From positions 83,681 to 107,680 of the forward strand of contig CAJTXR010000002.1 of the NCBI GenBank assembly GCA_910584005.1: a stretch of DNA of 24,000 bases, written 5' to 3'. The first letter of the stretch is position 1. Every line of letters begins with the position of its first letter. The translations under genes and the position numbers were made by a program. The notes beneath the pieces were generated by a model. It ran no database searches and was not told the DNA's origin. It was given only the letters and a program-made list of their open reading frames with translations. This stretch comes from an uncultured Anaeroplasmataceae bacterium. Its GTDB lineage: Bacteria; Bacillota_I; Bacilli_A; Acholeplasmatales; Anaeroplasmataceae. This document shows positions 7,188 through 15,303 of this stretch, piece after piece.

Positions 7188-7198
7188 GAATTTTCTTA

Positions 7199-7275
7199 TG
7201 GCGCACCCTAGAGGATTCGAACCCCTAACCTTTTGATCCGTAGTCAAACGATCTATCCAATTGATCTAAGGGTGC
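7199..7275 (-). tRNA. tRNA-Arg (anticodon ACG), CCA encoded
   Basis: Minus strand GCACCCT TA GATC..GATC G TTTGA CTACGGA TCAAA AGGTT AGGGG TTCGAAT CCTCT AGGGTGC G CCA folds as a complete cloverleaf. Confidence 0.95.
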
Positions 7276-7287
7276 AAGCTTTTCTAA

Positions 7288-7363
7288 TGGCGGTTCGGAC
7301 GGGACTTGAACCCGCGATCTCCAGTGTGACAGACTAGCATGTTAACCACTACACCACCGAACC
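7288..7363 (-). tRNA. tRNA-Asp (anticodon GTC), CCA encoded
   Basis: Minus strand GGTTCGG TG GTGTAGTGGTTAACAT G CTAGT CTGTCAC ACTGG AGATC GCGGG TTCAAGT CCCGT CCGAACC G CCA folds as a complete cloverleaf. Confidence 0.95.
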
Positions 7364-7467
7364 ATCTCTTAACGCTTGATTATTATATCATATTTACTAG
7401 TTTAAAAACAAGTACTTTTTTTCTTTTTTTAAAAAGCATATAATTAATACAAGAAAGAAGGATGGTT

Positions 7468-8496
7468 ATGAATAAAGAATATTTATCTCAAATAATAAAA
7501 CAAATTTTTGCGTGTGACTCTCCAACTGGATATAGTCATAATATAAATCAAACCCTTTTACAGTTGTTAAACGATCTTGGGTATTATCCTGAGATTACAA
7601 ATAAAGGAAATATCCAACTTTTTATTGAAGGGAAAAATCATTCCAAAACGGTAGCAACAAGTGCCCATGTGGATACATTAGGATTGATGGTGCGGTCTAT
7701 AAATTCAGATGGGACCCTATCTGTGACAAATGTAGGAGGGCCATCTATTCCAACATTAGATGGAGAATACTGTACCATTGTGACCCGTTCACATCAAAAA
7801 TATACAGGAACAATTTTATGTACAAGTGCATCTGTTCATGTTTATGAGGATGCGAAAAGTAAACCTCGAGATTTAGATTCAATGATGGTTCGGATTGATG
7901 AAAAGGTCTTCTGTAAGGAGGATGTTAGAAATTTAGGAATTGATCATGGAGATTATATCTTTATTGATCCTAAAACAACAATAACTCCTAGTGGTTTTTT
8001 AAAAAGTCGATTTATTGATGATAAAGGAAGTGTATGTGCAATTCTTTGTGTGTTAAAAGAAATAAAGGAAAAAAAGATTATGCCTGCATATGATACTTTT
8101 GTTTATTTTGTGAATCAAGAGGAAGTAGGACATGGTGCAGCTACTGTGAATGCTAAAATTGATGAGTTTGTTACAGTAGATATGGGATGTATAGGAAAAG
8201 ATTTAGCTGGAAATGAATATAAGGTTTCTATATGTGCGAAAGATTCAGGTGGACCTTATAGTTATGATCTTACTACAAAGCTAATTCATTTGGCTCAACA
8301 AAATGAAATTCAATATGTAGTAGATATTTTTCCATATTATGGTTCAGATATAGGAGCAGCATGGAGAAGTGGAGTAGATTGTGCAGGAGCTTTAATTGGG
8401 CCAGGAGTACATGCAAGTCATGGAATGGAACGAACTCATTTAGATTCTATTGAGCAGACAATAAAGCTTTTATATTTATATCTCATTCACGAGTAA
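7468..8496 (+). CDS. M42-family metallopeptidase (glutamyl aminopeptidase/endoglucanase-type)
   Basis: Motifs CDSPTGYSHN, VATSAHVDTLGLMVRSI, LKSRFIDDKGSVCAIL, FVNQEEVGHGAA and GIDVSHGMERTH-like GVHASHGMERTH. ORF track starts at 7462; ATG 7468 is better placed after the RBS. Confidence 0.88.
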   Translation: MNKEYLSQIIKQIFACDSPTGYSHNINQTLLQLLNDLGYYPEITNKGNIQLFIEGKNHSKTVATSAHVDTLGLMVRSINSDGTLSVTNVGGPSIPTLDGEYCTIVTRSHQKYTGTILCTSASVHVYEDAKSKPRDLDSMMVRIDEKVFCKEDVRNLGIDHGDYIFIDPKTTITPSGFLKSRFIDDKGSVCAILCVLKEIKEKKIMPAYDTFVYFVNQEEVGHGAATVNAKIDEFVTVDMGCIGKDLAGNEYKVSICAKDSGGPYSYDLTTKLIHLAQQNEIQYVVDIFPYYGSDIGAAWRSGVDCAGALIGPGVHASHGMERTHLDSIEQTIKLLYLYLIHE

Positions 8497-8499
8497 AAA

Positions 8500-8533
8500 G
8501 AAGAGAAGAGTATCTTCTTTTCTTTTTTATTTC
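8500..8533 (+). terminator. Probable intrinsic terminator after the M42 peptidase gene
   Basis: AAAAGAAGAGAAGA-GTA-TCTTCTTTTCTTTTTT forms a near-perfect hairpin ending in a T-tract. Confidence 0.65.
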
Positions 8534-8568
8534 GTGATATAATGAAAAAAAGAATAGAGGGGAAAAAT

Positions 8569-9657
8569 ATGCTTAAAGATTTGATATTAGATAACGAAAG
8601 AAAAATAGAAAAATTTGATATAAATTATTTTAAAAAAGCAAAAAATTATCCTGTGGTGGCTTCTCTTTCAGCATTAGAAACGACGAATGAAATACAAAAA
8701 TGCTACTTTGAACAGGAGGATTCAACCATTTCTTTTAATGTATTAAAACTCTATGCATTATTGCAGAGTCTTTTTGTTTCAATAGATTCTTTATATGCCC
8801 TCTCTTATTCGTTAACGAAAAGTAAAAGTTTTATAAATATTAATAAAAATCAAATCCTAAGAGAATTAAAATATATTCGAAATGATGTGGTTGGGCATCC
8901 TGCCAATCGTATGTATAATTCTTCTGTTCTTGCATACTGTATCCTTGATAATGAGAGCGTAACAAAAAAAGAATTTTCTTATGATATTTATACAGGACAA
9001 GGTGTGGAAAAAAAGAAAGTGGATGTTGAACAATTAATCCAATCCTATTATTTAGAATGTAATACATTATTAAAAGAATTACAAAGTGTTGCTAAGGATG
9101 AACGACAAAATTCAATGTTGATTCATATGTCAATAGAGGCTATAAATTTATTTGATATGGAAGGAAATTACAAAGATAAACTTGAGGAATTAAAAAAATT
9201 GTATTTTACTTTGTACCCTTCTGCAACCTCTAATCAGCATCGTTTCTTATGGCGAATGGAGCTCATTGAGGAATTATTAAATTATGAAAACAAAGATCAA
9301 GATATTCAAGAGTTAAAAGAATATGCAATTGGTCTAGAAATTATTAAAATTTATCAACTTCTTTCAGGTAAACTTTATCCAATGTCTTTAGGGAGAAGAA
9401 AGCCATTTTTAGTTTCATCTTTTTATCGATTTATCAAGAAAAATAAAACTTCATTACAGCATATAGATAAAATAACGGATATCAAAAATCCATTAATTAA
9501 AAATTCTTTTGAAGAATTATTAAAATTGGCCATAGATAAAAATGCGATAGGACCAATAAAATATATAACATTATTGCAGGAATTATATCAAAATCAAAAT
9601 GATTCTTTGCTCTATGCATTATCATTACCATTAAAGGAGTATAAAAAAGGGAAATAA
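8569..9657 (+). CDS. Hypothetical protein with HEPN-like N-terminal motif (RNDVVGH)
   Basis: Long ORF; start chosen at ATG 8569 after RBS GAGGGG (track start 8542). Alpha-helical sequence with YIRNDVVGHP. Confidence 0.75.
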   Translation: MLKDLILDNERKIEKFDINYFKKAKNYPVVASLSALETTNEIQKCYFEQEDSTISFNVLKLYALLQSLFVSIDSLYALSYSLTKSKSFININKNQILRELKYIRNDVVGHPANRMYNSSVLAYCILDNESVTKKEFSYDIYTGQGVEKKKVDVEQLIQSYYLECNTLLKELQSVAKDERQNSMLIHMSIEAINLFDMEGNYKDKLEELKKLYFTLYPSATSNQHRFLWRMELIEELLNYENKDQDIQELKEYAIGLEIIKIYQLLSGKLYPMSLGRRKPFLVSSFYRFIKKNKTSLQHIDKITDIKNPLIKNSFEELLKLAIDKNAIGPIKYITLLQELYQNQNDSLLYALSLPLKEYKKGK

Positions 9658-9728
9658 TCCAAAATTTATATAGATATAATTCTTAATTTTTGGTATAATA
9701 CCTTTTGTATTTTTGTTGGAGGTTGCTT

Positions 9729-11561
9729 ATGGATATAAGAAATATTGCGATTATAGCTCATGTCGATCATGGGAAAACTACTTTAGTCGACAAGTTATTA
9801 AAAAGTTCACATACTTTTAGAGAGAATCAGGTTGTAGAAGAACGAGTAATGGATTCTAACGCTTTAGAGCGTGAAAGAGGAATTACAATCTTGGCTAAAA
9901 ATACAGCAGTGATTTATAAGGATACAAAAATTAACATATTAGATACACCTGGACATGCCGATTTTTCTGGTGAAGTAGAACGAATTATGAAAATGGTGGA
10001 TGGTGTGGTTTTGGTTGTGGATGCTTATGAAGGAACAATGCCACAAACAAGGTTTGTATTAAAAAAAGCATTTGAAGCTCATTTAAAGCCAATTGTTGTT
10101 ATTAATAAAGTGGATAAACCTTCTGCAAGACCAATTGAGGTAATTGATGAGGTCTTAGAGCTATTCATTGATTTAGGCTGTGATGAGGATGAACTAGATT
10201 TCCCTGTTTGTTTTGCATCAGCAGTTAATAATACTTGTTCATTGTCAAGTGATCTTTCAACTCAAAAAGTAGGAATGGAGCCTTTATTAGACATGATTTT
10301 AAAAGAAATTCCTGCTCCTTGTATGGATAAAAAATCTCCTCTCCAACTCCAACCTGCTTTGCTAGATTATACAGATTTTGTTGGTCGTATTGGAATTGGT
10401 AAGATTGCAAGAGGAACAATTCACTCAGGTGAAATTGTTTCTTGTTGTAGACTAGATGGAACAATTAAAAGTTTTAGAGTACAGAAACTTTATGGCTTTT
10501 TAGGTTTAGATCGTATAGAAGTTAAAGAGGCTTCAGCTGGAGAAATTGTGGCTGTTTCAGGCTTAGGGGATATTTCAGTTGGGGAAACCATATGTACACA
10601 AGGACAAGAAGAAGCATTAGAAAAAATCCATATTTCAGAACCTACTGTCCAAATGACTTTTGGTACGAATACCTCTCCTTTTTGTGGAAAGGATGGCAAA
10701 AATGTCACCGCAACAAAATTAGAGGAACGTTTATTTAGAGAGGTTCAAAAGGATGTATCATTAAAGGTCCAAAGAATTGAACGGGCAGAAGAATGGCTTG
10801 TATCTGGTCGTGGAGAATTACATTTGAGTATTTTAATTGAAACAATGCGTAGAGAAGGCTATGAATTTCAAGTTTCACGGCCTCATGTCATTATGAAAGA
10901 GGTAAATGGGGTAACTTGCGAACCCTATGAATATTGTGTGATTGATGTGCCTTCAGATTCAGCAGGTTCAGTAATTGAAATGCTTGGAAATCGACATGGA
11001 ACTATGGAAAGTATGTCTAATACGGAAACCCAAACACGATTAATTTACACAATTCCTTCTCGAGGATTAATTGGCTTTAATACAGATTTTATGACTGCGA
11101 CAAAAGGTTATGGCATTCTAAATCACAGCTATTTAGAATATCGTCCTATGGAAAATATAGCAATTGCAGAACGTTCGACAGGAGTTTTAGTTTCTATGGC
11201 TTTAGGTCAATCTACAGCATACTCTATTGGTGCTTTAGAGGATCGTGGAACAATGTTCATTGCTCCAGGAGAAGAAATTTATGAAGGCATGATTGTTGGT
11301 GAAGCAAATAAAAATTTAGATTTGGCTGTCAATGTAGTTCGAGCAAAACAACAAACCAATACTCGTTCTTCTAATAAGGACACAACCGTTGTCTTAAAAA
11401 CTCCAAGAGTTTTAACTTTAGAAGCTTGTTTAGAATTTATAAATGAGGATGAACTCGTTGAGATTACACCTAAAAATATTCGTTTGCGTAAACGTATATT
11501 AGATACAGTAGAACGAAAAAAATATGATGCTAAAATTAGAAATATGAAAGAAGAGGCCTAA
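9729..11561 (+). CDS. typA: TypA/BipA ribosome-associated translational GTPase
   Basis: [59 protein letters not shown], and the BipA C-terminus ([20 protein letters not shown]). ATG 9729 follows RBS GGAGG. Confidence 0.97.
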   Translation: MDIRNIAIIAHVDHGKTTLVDKLLKSSHTFRENQVVEERVMDSNALERERGITILAKNTAVIYKDTKINILDTPGHADFSGEVERIMKMVDGVVLVVDAYEGTMPQTRFVLKKAFEAHLKPIVVINKVDKPSARPIEVIDEVLELFIDLGCDEDELDFPVCFASAVNNTCSLSSDLSTQKVGMEPLLDMILKEIPAPCMDKKSPLQLQPALLDYTDFVGRIGIGKIARGTIHSGEIVSCCRLDGTIKSFRVQKLYGFLGLDRIEVKEASAGEIVAVSGLGDISVGETICTQGQEEALEKIHISEPTVQMTFGTNTSPFCGKDGKNVTATKLEERLFREVQKDVSLKVQRIERAEEWLVSGRGELHLSILIETMRREGYEFQVSRPHVIMKEVNGVTCEPYEYCVIDVPSDSAGSVIEMLGNRHGTMESMSNTETQTRLIYTIPSRGLIGFNTDFMTATKGYGILNHSYLEYRPMENIAIAERSTGVLVSMALGQSTAYSIGALEDRGTMFIAPGEEIYEGMIVGEANKNLDLAVNVVRAKQQTNTRSSNKDTTVVLKTPRVLTLEACLEFINEDELVEITPKNIRLRKRILDTVERKKYDAKIRNMKEEA

Positions 11562-11620
11562 TTTCATAAAATTTCTCTTCATATGTTTATTTTTTAAAAA
11601 ATAGAATCCTTTGGAAACAC

Positions 11621-11650
11621 TTGACAAAGTCAAGTAAAACATTTTATAAT
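11621..11650 (+). promoter_or_regulatory. Putative SigA promoter: TTGACA (11621-11626), 18-nt spacer, TATAAT (11645-11650)
   Basis: Both hexamers match consensus, upstream of the 11687 CDS. Confidence 0.75.
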
Positions 11651-11686
11651 ATGAATATATTCATTAAGATGTAGGAGAGGATAGTA

Positions 11687-12019
11687 ATGAAAAAAAGAGA
11701 AGTATTAACTGTTGTTTTACTTGGCCTATTTACTTGTGGAATCTATTCTTTATATTGGTTTTATACAACCGCAGAAGATTTAAATGTGGAAGATGATGAA
11801 GAACCATTAATGAATTATATTCTTGCAATACTTTTAGGCATAGTCACTTGTGGTATTTACTTAATTTATTGGGATTATAAGTTCTATCAAAAGGTGGACA
11901 AGGTTACAGGTGAAAATAACGCAATTGTTAACTTTTTACTAGGGTTATTCCTTACACCAATTGTTGGTATGGCAATTGCCCAAAATTCAATTAATAGTCA
12001 CGCAAAAGATGAGGATTAA
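11687..12019 (+). CDS. Small DUF4234-like membrane protein
   Basis: Repeated LLGLFTCGIYSLYWFY / LLGIVTCGIYLIYWDY membrane motif; RBS AGGAGAGG. Confidence 0.8.
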   Translation: MKKREVLTVVLLGLFTCGIYSLYWFYTTAEDLNVEDDEEPLMNYILAILLGIVTCGIYLIYWDYKFYQKVDKVTGENNAIVNFLLGLFLTPIVGMAIAQNSINSHAKDED

Positions 12020-12025
12020 GACAAG

Positions 12026-12059
12026 AGAATTCACCTGTTAAATTTAACAGGTGAATTCT
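12026..12059 (+). terminator. Intrinsic terminator-like perfect 34-nt palindrome
   Basis: AGAATTCACCTGTTAAA/TTTAACAGGTGAATTCT followed by a T-tract, immediately after the DUF4234-like CDS. Confidence 0.85.
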
Positions 12060-12078
12060 TTTTTAAAGGAGAAAGAAC

Positions 12079-12516
12079 ATGAAAAAAGCAATTAAAAATT
12101 TGATGTGTTTTATAAGTGAATATAATGTTTTATTATCCTTGTTTGCTTTATATGTATTTATGACTCATGCTTTGGAAATTCAAAATTGTATAGTAAAGCT
12201 ATTGATTGGATACCCTTGCCCTGGCTGTGGAATGAGTAGGGCAGCATTTGCATTAATGCGATTTGATTTTGCTGAGGCTTTTCGGTATAATCCGTTTATT
12301 TATTTGTTTCCTTTTGCTGTTTTTGGTATTGCTTTTAAAGACAATAACATCATTCAAAAATGGATAAAAAAACCTTTGATTTGGAGTATTATCCTTATTG
12401 TTATAATTCTCACGTACATTTTAAGATTTATTTTTATTTATCCCAATGCTCCTATGGACTATTATCCCAATAATTTATTAGCTTTCATTTTTTCTTTATT
12501 TAAAAAAGGAGCTTAA
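12079..12516 (+). CDS. DUF2752-like membrane protein
   Basis: GYPCPGCGMSRAAFALMRFDFAEAFRYNPF matches the characteristic PCPGCGxTRA-type motif. Confidence 0.85.
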   Translation: MKKAIKNLMCFISEYNVLLSLFALYVFMTHALEIQNCIVKLLIGYPCPGCGMSRAAFALMRFDFAEAFRYNPFIYLFPFAVFGIAFKDNNIIQKWIKKPLIWSIILIVIILTYILRFIFIYPNAPMDYYPNNLLAFIFSLFKKGA

Positions 12517-12524
12517 ATTAAAAA

Positions 12525-12565
12525 AAGATGTTTATAAACCTTTTTTTCTTGTTTAAAAACATCTT
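12525..12565. terminator. Intrinsic terminator between convergent DUF2752-like and pepT genes
   Basis: AAGATGTTT-A-TAAAC...GTTTA-A-AAACATCTT stem with one internal mismatch; flanking A/T tracts. Confidence 0.7.
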
Positions 12566-12571
12566 GTCATT

Positions 12572-13780
12572 TTATTTAAATTTAGCAATTTGAATTAAAA
12601 TCTTAGTTACAAGCTCCATTTCCTCTAGACAAGCAAATTCATATGGTCCATGACAATTATAACCTCCTGTGCCAAGATTTGGAGTTGGTAATCCCATAAA
12701 CGTGATTCTTGCTCCATCTGTGCCCCCTCGTATTGGACTTGCAATAGGAACAATATTTAAATCCTTCATGGCTTGTTTCGCATGTTCTATACACTCTGGA
12801 TTTTGTTTGATTATTTCTGCCATATTTTTATAAGAATCTTTTATTTCAACTTCAACGATATCTTTTTGGTATTTTTGGTTAATGAAATCTTTTGCCGCAA
12901 GAAGAACTTCTTTTTTTTGTTGCAATTTTAAAGCATCATGATCACGAAGAATATAGGACAATTTTGCTTCACCTACAATACCTTTCATTTCTGTTAAATG
13001 AATAAATCCATCATATGCATCTGTGTATTCGGGCTTTTGTTCTTTTGGTAAAAGACTATGATATTCAACTGCAATTTCACTTGCGTTAATCATTTGATTT
13101 TTTGCACTTCCAGGATGAATATCTAATCCTTGAATGGTTATTAAAGCTGCTGCAGCATTGAAGTTTTCAAAGTTGATTTCTTGGTATGCACCACCATCAA
13201 CGGTATAAGCATAATCACAATTAAATAAAGATAAATCAAATTTTTCAATTCCCGTTCCAATTTCTTCATCAGGGGTAAAAGCTACATGTATCTCTGTGTG
13301 AGGAGTATTTGTCGTTTTAAAATACCAAAGCATTGCCATTATTTCGGCAATCCCTGCTTTGTCATCTGCTCCTAAAACTGTAGTTCCATCTGTAGTAATT
13401 AAAGTCTTTCCTTTCAAATGTTTTAAAAAAGGGAATTGCTTTGTGGATAATACAATATTTTTTAAAGAAATATCCTCCCCATCATAGTTTGAAATGATTT
13501 GAGGGTGGACATTTGCACCGCTAAATCCAGGAATTGTATCCATGTGAGCGATAAATCCAATGGATTTTTCTTTTGTAGTAAGCGTAGAGGGAAGGGTTGC
13601 ATAAACAAAGCAGTGCTCTGTTAAAGAAATATCTACTAATCCCAATTCCTTTAATTCTTCTATAAGGAGATGAGCTAAATCAAATTGTTTTTGAGTTGAT
13701 GGTGTTGAAGTAGATGTTTCACTTGACATGGTATCTATTTTCACATAGCGGATAAAATTTTCTAATATTTTTGTCTTCAT
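12572..13780 (-). CDS. pepT: Peptidase T (tripeptide aminopeptidase, M20B)
   Basis: FIGHMDTIPGFSG, TTVLGADDKAGIAEIM, AFTPDEEIGTG, PIRGGTDGARITFMGLPTPNLGTGGYNCHGPYEF. Confidence 0.95.
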   Translation of the reverse strand: MKTKILENFIRYVKIDTMSSETSTSTPSTQKQFDLAHLLIEELKELGLVDISLTEHCFVYATLPSTLTTKEKSIGFIAHMDTIPGFSGANVHPQIISNYDGEDISLKNIVLSTKQFPFLKHLKGKTLITTDGTTVLGADDKAGIAEIMAMLWYFKTTNTPHTEIHVAFTPDEEIGTGIEKFDLSLFNCDYAYTVDGGAYQEINFENFNAAAALITIQGLDIHPGSAKNQMINASEIAVEYHSLLPKEQKPEYTDAYDGFIHLTEMKGIVGEAKLSYILRDHDALKLQQKKEVLLAAKDFINQKYQKDIVEVEIKDSYKNMAEIIKQNPECIEHAKQAMKDLNIVPIASPIRGGTDGARITFMGLPTPNLGTGGYNCHGPYEFACLEEMELVTKILIQIAKFK

Positions 13781-13909
13781 TATTTTCTTCCTTTCGTTTT
13801 TATTTTAATTATAATATAGAATTTATAATAATAAAAGATTGAGAGAAATTCTTTTTTAAAAAATGCGATTGAAAAATAATCACTTTTTGTTGAAATTCAT
13901 TTAAAAACC

Positions 13910-13938
13910 TTGCTTGAAGCATATTTTTGAGGTATAAT
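13910..13938 (+). promoter_or_regulatory. Putative SigA promoter of the cold-shock gene: TTGCTT, 17-nt spacer, TATAAT
   Basis: Box sequence and spacing; 29 nt before the ATG, with RBS AAAGGAG. Confidence 0.6.
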
Positions 13939-13966
13939 TAATTCATAGGGTTGAAAGGAGTAACTC

Positions 13967-14164
13967 ATGAAGGGTAAAGTTAAATGGTTTAATGCCGAAA
14001 AAGGCTATGGTTTTATCGTTTCTGAAGATGGCAAAGAAATTTTTGTTCATTTCAGTTCAATTTTAGCAGATGGCTATAAGACATTAAATGAAGGCGAAGA
14101 AGTCACTTTTGAAGTTGTAGAAGGTGAACGTGGTCAATTAGCTAAGGATGTTAAAAGAGCTTAA
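13967..14164 (+). CDS. cspA: CspA-family cold-shock protein
   Basis: [35 protein letters not shown]1/RNP2 motifs of the Csp fold. Confidence 0.97.
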   Translation: MKGKVKWFNAEKGYGFIVSEDGKEIFVHFSSILADGYKTLNEGEEVTFEVVEGERGQLAKDVKRA

Positions 14165-14178
14165 GTTTTAATTTGATT

Positions 14179-14206
14179 ACAAAAGGGGATTTTGGTATCT
14201 CCTTTT
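14179..14206 (+). terminator. Probable intrinsic terminator after the cold-shock gene
   Basis: AAAAGGGGAT...ATCTCCTTTTTT hairpin with T-tract. Confidence 0.65.
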
Positions 14207-14238
14207 TTCTTTTTGTCATATAATAAAATGGTGATCAT

Positions 14239-15114
14239 ATGATAAAAGGAAGCATTGTGGCATTAGTCACACCTTTTGATGAAGAAAATAAAATTAATTT
14301 TAAAGAAATTAAAAGATTATTAGATTATCATATTGAAAATAAAACAGATGGGGTTTTACTTTTAGGAACAACTGCTGAAGCAGAAAGTTTAAGCGATGAA
14401 GAACGATATTCTGTCGTTCGGTATGTATGTGAATATTTAGATCATCGTATACCGATAATGGTAGGAATCATCTCGAATAATACAAAAAAAGCTGTTTTAT
14501 TTGCTGATGCTTTAAAAGATCTCAGTATAGACAGTTATTTGGTAAGTGCTCCTTATTATGTGAAAAGCAATACCGAAGGATTAATTCGTCACTTCACGTA
14601 TATCGCGGATCATGTAAATCGACCGATTATTCTTTATAATGTTCCAAAAAGAAACGGATTTTCATTAGATGCTGAGGTTGTAAAAATATTATCCTATCAT
14701 AAAAACATTATTGGAATAAAAGAGGCATCAGGAGATTTTGCTTATCAAACAAAAATTTCCATGTTTTGTAATTCATCCTTTGTTTTATATGCTGCAGATG
14801 ATTTGACTTTGCTTCCATCTTTGTCCTTAGGGGCAGTAGGAGTTATTTCGGTAATAAATAATGCTTTTCCAAAAGAAATGAAAGTCATTGTCGATGCATA
14901 TGAAAAGGATAGACCTTTATCCAAATTAATGTATGAAAAAATTTTTCCTTTGACAGAAGATATATATGTTGAACCTTCTCCAATCCCAATAAAATATTTG
15001 TTATACATTATGGGGTTTCAAACTAGAAAAGTTCGATTGCCTTTAGCAGAACCTTCCCTTTCGTTAAGAAGAAAGTTAGAAGAAGATTATTTATTTTTAA
15101 TAAATGATGACTAA
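14239..15114 (+). CDS. dapA: Dihydrodipicolinate synthase (DapA)/N-acetylneuraminate lyase superfamily protein, most DapA-like
   Basis: IVALVTPFDEENKINF, LLLGTTAEAESLSDEER, LYNVPKRNGF, IIGIKEASGD, SLGAVGVISV. Confidence 0.8.
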   Translation: MIKGSIVALVTPFDEENKINFKEIKRLLDYHIENKTDGVLLLGTTAEAESLSDEERYSVVRYVCEYLDHRIPIMVGIISNNTKKAVLFADALKDLSIDSYLVSAPYYVKSNTEGLIRHFTYIADHVNRPIILYNVPKRNGFSLDAEVVKILSYHKNIIGIKEASGDFAYQTKISMFCNSSFVLYAADDLTLLPSLSLGAVGVISVINNAFPKEMKVIVDAYEKDRPLSKLMYEKIFPLTEDIYVEPSPIPIKYLLYIMGFQTRKVRLPLAEPSLSLRRKLEEDYLFLINDD

Positions 15115-15130
15115 ATACTTGTATTTTAAT

Positions 15131-15150
15131 GCTCTTTAAAGAGCTTTTTT
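15131..15150 (+). terminator. Short intrinsic terminator GCTCTTTAAAGAGC-TTTTTT
   Basis: Perfect 14-nt palindrome followed by T6, 16 nt after the dapA stop. Confidence 0.75.
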
Positions 15151-15234
15151 CTTTGAAAAAAGGAAAAAAGCTAAAACGTTTTCTCGAAAAACAGAAAAAA
15201 TAAAAAAAATTTGATTGGTTTGGTTTGTTGATTG

Positions 15235-15263
15235 TTGATAATTTTTGTTAAAAAGTTTATAAT
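15235..15263 (+). promoter_or_regulatory. Strong putative SigA promoter of nifJ: TTGATA (15235-15240), 17-nt spacer, TATAAT (15258-15263)
   Basis: Near-perfect hexamers, ideal spacing, about 40 nt before the ATG. Confidence 0.75.
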
Positions 15264-15303
15264 AGAATCGTATAAAAAATTTTTATCTCATTAGGAGGAT
15301 ATT

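Noticed and set aside
7038-7247. Minus-strand 69-aa ORF overlapping the tRNA-Arg and ibrB-like gene
   Set aside because: MTTDQKVRGSNPLGCA is the typical spurious translation of tRNA sequence.
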